The notes below the pieces were generated by a model. That model worked only from the letters and a program-made list of their open reading frames with translations. It was not told the origin of the DNA and made no database searches. DNA of 37,075 nt from a candidate division WOR-3 bacterium (GTDB taxonomy: Bacteria; Hydrothermota; Hydrothermia; JBDRYB01): contig JBMFOM010000008.1 in the NCBI GenBank assembly GCA_049969615.1, positions 1 to 37,075 of the forward strand. The letters run 5' to 3'. Position numbers and translations under genes: made by a program. Shown here piece by piece: positions 1 to 6,184 of this stretch (position 1 is its first letter; the number at the start of each line of letters is the position of its first letter).

Positions 1-4
1 CTGG

Positions 5-35
5 TCGCTTAGGGTTAGTTTTTTATTTTGAGCGA
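5..35. repeat. Palindromic module A, TCGCTYA-N17-TGAGCGA (inverted homolog at 3170-3204; partial second copy at about 51-75)
   Basis: The reverse complement of 1-34 aligns to 3171-3204 with 6 mismatches in 34 nt. Both copies have 7-bp inverted arms around a 17-nt spacer. Confidence 0.75.
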
Positions 36-201
36 TTGAAGGCCCTAAGGTTAGGGTTTAGTTTTGAGCGAACAGGGTATAATTTTTAGCGAGATCCCCG
101 CCCAAGATCCGTAGGCTGGGATATATCGCCACCTTTTGTAGGTCGGTGATCCCCAAGAAGCAAGGCCCGGCTTTGGCCAAAAAATCGCGCTGTTTAAACC
201 C

Positions 202-230
202 TTGATCGTTAGCTTGTGCTCCCATAGATT
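202..230 (+). promoter_or_regulatory. Putative sigma70-type promoter TTGATC-N17-TAGATT
   Basis: Matches the promoter pattern recurring in this window. SD GGAGGT precedes ATG 265. Confidence 0.45.
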
Positions 231-264
231 AACCCCATGATGATAAACAAAATGGAGGTGAAAG

Positions 265-1890
265 ATGAAAAGGATAATTGAATGGATACTTTGGATGACT
301 GCCCTGGTGGGCGCTTTGAGAGCGGCCGCCCCGGTCCATCACTCCGCCTCCTCTTTCTCCCGTCCGGGTTGGAAGGATATTCCCTTCTATCCCAACGCGG
401 CTGGTGGAGGCTGGGTTTCGCCTCAGGCCATCGCAACATCCGTTGAGGATGAGACATACCCAAAGATAGCCGTTGACGGCTCCGGAAACCTCTGGTGTGC
501 GCTTCAGTCCTCTGCTTCCTACAATGGTGGCTACGGCACTATAGAGATATACAGATCAACCAACAACGGCGCTGATTGGCTCCTTCAGGCCTACATCTCT
601 ATGGATTTCGCCTATCTATCTGATCCCGCTATGACCATTGATGTGGCTTCTGGCAGGATGTTCATGGCCTTCCTGGTCAAATTTGATTGGGCCTCGGACT
701 ATGACCTCGCTTGGGCCACATACGACATCCAGGCCGACACCCTCGCTAATTTCCAAACAGGCTGGCTTGAGAGCTCATCCGATGCTATATCTGGTTCCCC
801 TGCCGTAACAACCGAAAAGGGCTATGCGGCTAACTACGCGTTCGTTGCCTGGTCACAGAACAGGCGGGTCGGCGCCACCTACTATTTCACGGTCAAGCTT
901 GCTTCCACAAGCGATGGCGGCTTCACATGGAACACAATGACCCTGAAGGAGGACACCAACAAATATCTGGGCCAGGTTTGCGCGGCGGCCGGCGACAGCC
1001 TTTATCCCGCGGTAATGATTGGGTTCAAGAGGAACGCCTCCAACATGGTGGGTGATTCGGCCAAACTCGCGTGTCTGGCTGTTTCATACGATCGCGGCTT
1101 CAGCTGGACCATAACCGAGAAAGATTTCTCGCCACATTATGTTCACCAGATAAGCATTGCCAGGGCGTTTGGTTCGGGCTATACCTTGTTCGCGATACAG
1201 GTGGCAAAAACTGCCTCCAACTCAGACATATACATCCGCTATTATGGTGACAACGGCTCAAGCCTCATCGCGGAATACTACCTTGAGGAATCGGTCTCTC
1301 TGGATTCGCGGATGCCGGTGGTGGCTGTTGATGCAATGCAGTATAACGATCGCGCGAGCACCTACTTCTACATAGCCACATACAGAGGAACACCTGGTGC
1401 GGCCAACGGAAACTGCCTCTTCAAGATGGCGTGGGTCTCCAGCGCGACAGCGGCCTCTGCCTGGCTCGCTCCGAAGGGTTCTGATTCCCTGGTCATAGGG
1501 AACCTGAAGGCGTTCTCGGTTGACATAGCGAACCGCGGCTATCTGAGCATGACTTCCGTAAACGATGCTCCGGCAATAGTGTGGTGCCACGAATATGGTG
1601 CTAGCGATCACGACATCTATTTTGCCAACACAACTGATCCCGCTCACGATAACCTGGCCGAAAACCCAGCCAACGCCGGGTGTGTCCTTCTTAGGAATCC
1701 GGTCAACCGCGGCCTCCTCCTGTTTCTCGTTCCCAATGACATGGCCGGCGCGGAAATATGCTTTTACTCCCCTGATGGCAGGCTGGCCGCGAGAAGGCCC
1801 CTTTGCCCGGAGCTTGACCCCGGCCTTCCCTCTGGCGTGTATCTCTGGCTTGCTGGTTCCTTTACTGGCAAGACCGCGATCCAAAGATGA
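265..1890 (+). CDS. Secreted BNR/Asp-box repeat (sialidase-like beta-propeller) protein with T9SS-like C-terminal sorting tail
   Basis: N-terminal signal peptide; Asp-box motifs YRSTNNGADW, STSDGGFTW, VSYDRGFSW; C-terminal NP...FYSPDGR...LPSGVYL pattern; SD GGAGGT. Confidence 0.8.
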   Translation: MKRIIEWILWMTALVGALRAAAPVHHSASSFSRPGWKDIPFYPNAAGGGWVSPQAIATSVEDETYPKIAVDGSGNLWCALQSSASYNGGYGTIEIYRSTNNGADWLLQAYISMDFAYLSDPAMTIDVASGRMFMAFLVKFDWASDYDLAWATYDIQADTLANFQTGWLESSSDAISGSPAVTTEKGYAANYAFVAWSQNRRVGATYYFTVKLASTSDGGFTWNTMTLKEDTNKYLGQVCAAAGDSLYPAVMIGFKRNASNMVGDSAKLACLAVSYDRGFSWTITEKDFSPHYVHQISIARAFGSGYTLFAIQVAKTASNSDIYIRYYGDNGSSLIAEYYLEESVSLDSRMPVVAVDAMQYNDRASTYFYIATYRGTPGAANGNCLFKMAWVSSATAASAWLAPKGSDSLVIGNLKAFSVDIANRGYLSMTSVNDAPAIVWCHEYGASDHDIYFANTTDPAHDNLAENPANAGCVLLRNPVNRGLLLFLVPNDMAGAEICFYSPDGRLAARRPLCPELDPGLPSGVYLWLAGSFTGKTAIQR

Positions 1891-1908
1891 TCCGGTAGCT
1901 CAGTGAAT

Positions 1909-1936
1909 AAAAAAGCCCCCGGAACAGCCGGGGGCT
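1909..1936 (-). terminator. Rho-independent terminator between convergent genes (possibly bidirectional)
   Basis: 9-bp perfect stem AGCCCCCGG-aacag-CCGGGGGCT; the A6 run at 1909-1914 gives a U-tract on the minus strand. Confidence 0.85.
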
Positions 1937-1955
1937 GGTGTTTTCAGTGCTATTC

Positions 1956-2843
1956 CTAATAGACTATCAGGTTCCTGGAAAGGGTCTCGCTACCGGTGGT
2001 TAGGGTGACGATGTAGCTTCCGGGGTGGAGACCAGAGACCAGGGCCACATAGTCGCCGGCGTTCACATTGCCGTTGACCAGTGTGATGGTCCTCTTGCCG
2101 CCCATGTCATATATGCTCAGGTTGGCATAGCCGGATGTGGGAATGGTATAGTGGATGTCGGTCTGGCCACAGCCGACGGTCGTGAACTTCATGCCGAGCG
2201 TGGAGGAGCTGGCGCCCTCGGCCACATCGGTTATATCCATTATGACATAGATGTTCCAGTTGTAGCTGAGGCCGTAGTCAGAGAGGTTGGACCAGGCAAC
2301 GCCGTCCAGGGAGACCCAGCACCCGTAGTTGGCAACGCAGGGGCCGTGGTCAACCGCGGCGGGATACTGCCCAGCGTTGTGCTGTTGCTGGACCCATATC
2401 CAGAGCTCGGTGCCGGCCGCGACATTGATGTTCTCAGAGCGGATGTCATAGACCTGCCAGCTGTCCGTGCTCACAGGGCCAAAGGTGTAGCCAGCCGCTA
2501 TGGGCGAGCCGGGCGCGGATGCTGTGCCGGAGTAGGCGTTCATGGTGCCGGCCGCGGGCATGGAGCCGTAGCCGTTGATGTAGATATAGACGCCCGCCTC
2601 GCAGAGCTTGCCAGCATTGGTCGCGTCTATGGTGAACCTGGTAGCCCAATGCAGGAGGCCGCCGCTGGTACGGCCTATCGCGTTGTATGCTATCTCGTTG
2701 TAGTAGTAGAGGGACTCCTCCGCGGGGTAGTAGACGCTGGTTGACGCGTTGTCCGCGACCCTGCTCGGGTTCGCGAGCGTGAGTGGGCTCGCCGCTATGG
2801 CGAGGCCGGCCAGTAGCATCGTCGCTGCTATCATCTTCTTCAT
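1956..2843 (-). CDS. Secreted hypothetical protein with T9SS/FlgD-Ig-like C-terminal domain
   Basis: Classic signal peptide MKKMIAATMLLAGLAIA; C-terminal YTIPTSGYANLSIYDMGGK...LHPGSYIVTL; SD AGGAGG; promoter TTGATC-N18-CATAAT at 2948-2919. Confidence 0.85.
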   Translation of the reverse strand: MKKMIAATMLLAGLAIAASPLTLANPSRVADNASTSVYYPAEESLYYYNEIAYNAIGRTSGGLLHWATRFTIDATNAGKLCEAGVYIYINGYGSMPAAGTMNAYSGTASAPGSPIAAGYTFGPVSTDSWQVYDIRSENINVAAGTELWIWVQQQHNAGQYPAAVDHGPCVANYGCWVSLDGVAWSNLSDYGLSYNWNIYVIMDITDVAEGASSSTLGMKFTTVGCGQTDIHYTIPTSGYANLSIYDMGGKRTITLVNGNVNAGDYVALVSGLHPGSYIVTLTTGSETLSRNLIVY

Positions 2844-3059
2844 GCTTTCCTCCTAAAAAGGTTTTTGATCCTTGTCTTTTTCATTCTTCAACCAAAGCTC
2901 CTTCTCAGAGCGGGACAAATTATGATGCTTCCCCCAGCGCGCGATCAAGTAGTGGGTCAATCTGTCAAGCCCTAGGGGTAAAAAATGCTCTCTTGCCCGT
3001 CCGGAGAGGATTACAGCCATTGCGACCTCTCCGGTAGCACCTGGCCGGGCGGCCCAGAC

Positions 3060-3204
3060 GGCCCAATTTCGGCCAAAGCCGGCCAACTAGCCAGGGCCTG
3101 GTTCCCCAAATTCCTTTACCGGTAATAGTTTCATATCTTCCAGGATTATTGATCCCGCTATAGGCTTGTTCGCTCAAAATGAGAGACTAATCCTGAGCGA
3201 TCAG
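3060..3204. repeat. Inverted homolog of window region 1-190 (module A plus two shorter blocks)
   Basis: Three collinear blocks in inverted orientation: the 34-bp palindrome, TAGCGRGATC and CCGGCTTTGGCC. Confidence 0.65.
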
Positions 3205-3230
3205 ATGATAAGGTTGGGTTAGATTTTTTT

Positions 3231-3354
3231 GAGACCCCTGATAAAGTAGTCATAACCTACTGGTTTGGCAGAGGAGCACCTTGTCCAAGAGAACAGGCTT
3301 CTAAGAGGGACCCCCTGAAAAATCCCTTCACGAGGGCATTTGCTCAGGGTTTTC
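3231..3354 (+). repeat. Dispersed ~123-bp repeat (module B), MITE-like, copy 1
   Basis: Aligns to 20690-20811 with 11 substitutions and a 2-nt indel by manual count; imperfect terminal inverted repeats GAGACCYCTGA / TCAGGGTTYTC. Confidence 0.85.
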
Positions 3355-3368
3355 TTCCAGCTATGATG

Positions 3369-3418
3369 AGGCTCCCGGCTGGGGACCAGGGGCAAACCGG
3401 GATTTTTCAGGGGTTTCG
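3369..3418 (+). repeat. Dispersed 50-bp repeat (module C), copy 1
   Basis: Reverse complement of 32218-32267 with 4 mismatches in 50; partial copy at 36801-36825. Confidence 0.85.
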
Positions 3419-3539
3419 CGTTCATAGACCCGGCACAAGACACTGGCCTGTCAGGCTAAGGCCCGGCCTAGGAACGAGGAATTTTAGGGGCCAGCTCAGT
3501 ATTGTTTTCCCAGCGCAGATTTTAGCCTGCGGCCGGCCT

Positions 3540-3567
3540 GCAACCCATAAGCAATGTTATGCGTGCC
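3540..3567 (-). other. Candidate Xer/dif-like recombination site
   Basis: Minus strand reads GGCACGCATAA-CATTGC-TTATGGGTTGC, an 11-6-11 layout with CATAA-N6-TTATG core. Left arm is 9/11 to the E. coli dif XerC arm; right arm only 5/11 to the XerD arm. Confidence 0.45.
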
Positions 3568-3568
3568 G

Positions 3569-3618
3569 ATCCCTTAATAACTCAAGACTTACAGCCTGCC
3601 GCAAAATCTGGATTAAAG
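3569..3618 (+). repeat. Dispersed 50-bp repeat (module D), copy 1
   Basis: Direct repeat of 6033-6082 with 6 mismatches in 50. Confidence 0.85.
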
Positions 3619-3871
3619 GGGATTCCGTTCAACTTCCAGGGCACAATCGGCTTTAGGCCCAAGATTAAACGGCAGACTATATAAGCCATGGCTTATCAAG
3701 AAAGTCAACCCATGGCATTGTTCATACGCCGCAAAATCCGGGTTCCCTGAAAAACCAGAGCCATCGTCTCGGTTTTGTCGGGTCTTCCCGATTATACGAT
3801 CCCACGCAGACAGCGGGTTATGATGCACGACAAGGCCAAAGGTTGGCTCGCCGCCACGGTTTGGGTTATGA

Positions 3872-5821
3872 TTACCTAACTAGGCACTTGACCCTGCGCC
3901 TGGCCATCACCGCGATATAAATCCCCTCTGGCAGGTCCGTTAGTCCCATGATCAGTTTTCCGGAGAAACTCACTGTTCTCATGAGCCTCCCTGACACATC
4001 ATAGAGCGAGACAAGCGCCGGATATGAGCTTTGAGCGAAGAGCAGTCGGGCTTTCGGATCATACCAGAGCGAGAGCGATGGTCGGTCGCCATTCTCAGCG
4101 ATCCCAGCACCACCCTTGGTAAAACAGACCGCGTCAGCAATCACAACCCTTGTCGTGTCGGAAATGCTGTTGATGACCTGAACATAACTGCCGGGCGCGA
4201 GATCAAAATTTCCGAGGTAAAACCAATCTCCACCGCCTGTTGTCTGATCAACCAAGATAACTGTATCCCCTCCCGCGTGATGGATCCTGACCGGGACATC
4301 CGTGGCCCTGTTGGGCGCGGAGGTGTATCTCAGGAAAACTTGGTAATTGCCCGGAATTATGGCCTCCGGAACAAAGAGCGCGGATGCGGGCGCGCCTCCC
4401 TTTGCCCACATGTATCCGAGGCCCCAGTAGCCCGCGATCTGCTCCGAGCCAGTCCACACGCCAGAGAAAAAGCATTCGGGGTCAAAGTCATCTATTATGT
4501 ATTCGGTATCCCTCTCCTGAAGGGAAATATCATCCACCGATGTATCCCGCCTTATGGCCAGATTTTCTAGGAATGCAGAGTTGTATTTCGGGCCTGCTTG
4601 GAAAGCGAGGTCATAGGTAGCTCGCCTCCTCACAATAACCTGTGCTGAGCCGGGGGCGACTTTTCTTTGCCAGACAACCGAGTCCGAAGGATCAACCGCG
4701 CATGTTATCAGGCAGGAATCAGGGCCGACATTCGCGTTTATCCGCGCCACAAAGAAATGCTCCTCCAGTTCCTCCCAGAGCTCCGGCTTATCCCCGTCGT
4801 AGCCTAGCGCCCATATCCCAACGCCCTGGAGGTTCCTGTCAATAGCGAGGTCATACTTGAGGTCAAGGGAAGAGTCGTTATCAAACCAGCACTGATACCA
4901 GCTCGTGCTGTAATAGCGATACCAAGGGGTCTGCGAGTATGAATACCAGAGAAGTCCATGGGTCTCCGACTCATCGGCCGCGTTGGTGTAGGTGACCGCG
5001 GTACCGGTTGCCAGGGTTGAATCTCCAGGGTTCGGGCCCTTTGCCCGCCACTTATAGCCGTAGTAGGGTAATCCGATTATTATCTTCTCCGGGCCGCCAG
5101 CATAGTTGACATAGTAAGTAATTGAATTCGTAACATTGTATGTGTAGCCGCTTAGGGGGGAAACAGGACCAGTTGTTGGGGAACCTGACCAAAAGTAGCC
5201 GTAACCCATTATAAATATGCCATCAACCAGGGGCGCGAGCCGGTCAACCAGAAACCTACCGTTCCAGTTCACCGCGCCAACGCACAGTCCGAGCTCAAGG
5301 CCGCGGGCCCGGCAAGAATCCGAGAGAACCTGAATGAAATTAAGAAAGAGGAGGGAATCCACGGAATATGGGAATTCAAAGTCTATGTTTATGCCATCAG
5401 CACCGCCGGAAAGTGCGGCCTCAACGAGGACATGGGAGCAGTATGCCTTGTAGCTGGTGATTATACTCCTTATGACATCCGCGTCAAAGCAGGTCGCGGT
5501 CATGTGAACCTTGACACCGTGCGCGTGAGCGCTATCCACAAGCTCGGCCCATCTGCCGGGCCAGTTGTTCCAGGTGCTTATGTTGCCGGTTGAATTCACT
5601 GAAACAGCGAACCAAGCAATGTGAGACAGGAGGTCATAATCAAGTCTCCGGTAGGTTGTGCCCATCCAATATGGATAGAACCCGTAGACCGTCCTGTCAA
5701 CCTGATGTCTGCCTGATAGGGGAAGCGTCGGGCGGGGAGGAACATAGGGCAAAGGCTCGTGCTCAGCGAACTGCGCCTGGTGGATGCTCTCATATGCCAA
5801 GAGGATCATCAGGATTCCCAT
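3872..5821 (-). CDS. Glycoside hydrolase family 18 protein with golvesin/Xly-CBD-like module and T9SS-like C-terminal tail
   Basis: Catalytic DGINIDFE motif; GLPYYGY and GVGIWALGYD GH18 motifs; GNYQVFLRY...NRATDVPV...VDQTTGGGDWFYLGNF...VIADAV module; C-terminal LYDVSGR...LPEGIYI. Confidence 0.9.
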   Translation of the reverse strand: MGILMILLAYESIHQAQFAEHEPLPYVPPRPTLPLSGRHQVDRTVYGFYPYWMGTTYRRLDYDLLSHIAWFAVSVNSTGNISTWNNWPGRWAELVDSAHAHGVKVHMTATCFDADVIRSIITSYKAYCSHVLVEAALSGGADGINIDFEFPYSVDSLLFLNFIQVLSDSCRARGLELGLCVGAVNWNGRFLVDRLAPLVDGIFIMGYGYFWSGSPTTGPVSPLSGYTYNVTNSITYYVNYAGGPEKIIIGLPYYGYKWRAKGPNPGDSTLATGTAVTYTNAADESETHGLLWYSYSQTPWYRYYSTSWYQCWFDNDSSLDLKYDLAIDRNLQGVGIWALGYDGDKPELWEELEEHFFVARINANVGPDSCLITCAVDPSDSVVWQRKVAPGSAQVIVRRRATYDLAFQAGPKYNSAFLENLAIRRDTSVDDISLQERDTEYIIDDFDPECFFSGVWTGSEQIAGYWGLGYMWAKGGAPASALFVPEAIIPGNYQVFLRYTSAPNRATDVPVRIHHAGGDTVILVDQTTGGGDWFYLGNFDLAPGSYVQVINSISDTTRVVIADAVCFTKGGAGIAENGDRPSLSLWYDPKARLLFAQSSYPALVSLYDVSGRLMRTVSFSGKLIMGLTDLPEGIYIAVMARRRVKCLVR

Positions 5822-5827
5822 GCTCAG

Positions 5828-5857
5828 ATTTTAAGCCCGGAGCCGGGGGATTTGCAA
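5828..5857 (-). promoter_or_regulatory. Putative leaderless promoter TTGCAA-N18-TAAAAT-N6-ATG
   Basis: The -10 hexamer ends 6 nt before the GH18 ATG; no SD. Confidence 0.6.
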
Positions 5858-6032
5858 TCTTCAAATCAAGCAGCTGAGCTCTCACATATTCCCACCTCCC
5901 AGAGACAAGGTCTGATTTAGGATAGCCTGTAAGTTCTTGGGGCACAAGAGCTTAGGGTGTTCCCCTCGCGATCGGTCAAGGCAGAGCAAGGCCTCGGTGA
6001 AAGAGATAGACTGAGTGATATTAGGTGGGCTA

Positions 6033-6082
6033 ATCACTTAATAATTCAAGTCTTACAGCCTGCCACAAAATCTGGGTTATAG
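6033..6082 (+). repeat. Dispersed 50-bp repeat (module D), copy 2
   Basis: Direct repeat of 3569-3618. Confidence 0.85.
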
Positions 6083-6131
6083 AGCGAAACAGAACAGGCG
6101 CAAGCTTAACAAATTCGGGGGTTTTATCTCT

Positions 6132-6161
6132 TTGAAGACAGCCAACCCATGGCCTTAAAAT
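6132..6161 (+). promoter_or_regulatory. Putative nuoG-N operon promoter TTGAAG-N18-TAAAAT
   Basis: Matches the window-wide pattern; SD GGAGGA precedes ATG 6185. Confidence 0.6.
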
Positions 6162-6184
6162 ATTCGTCCTACCCGGAGGAAAAG

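Noticed and set aside
1889-1915. tRNA-like GATCCGGTAGCTCAGTG
   Set aside because: Resembles a tRNA 5' end, but the D-stem does not close and there is no T-arm or acceptor 3' strand; it runs into the terminator.
2853-3828. Small ORFs in the repeat hub (70-97 aa)
   Set aside because: They cross repeat-module boundaries and lack convincing SD signals or protein-like motifs.
2844-3871. CRISPR array or integron attC array in the long spacer
   Set aside because: No regularly spaced identical repeats, no cas or intI gene, and no consistent RYYYAAC...GTTRRRY pairs after the genes.
6149-6184. Longer nuoG start at 6149
   Set aside because: That ATG lies inside the predicted promoter spacer; ATG 6185 has a good SD.
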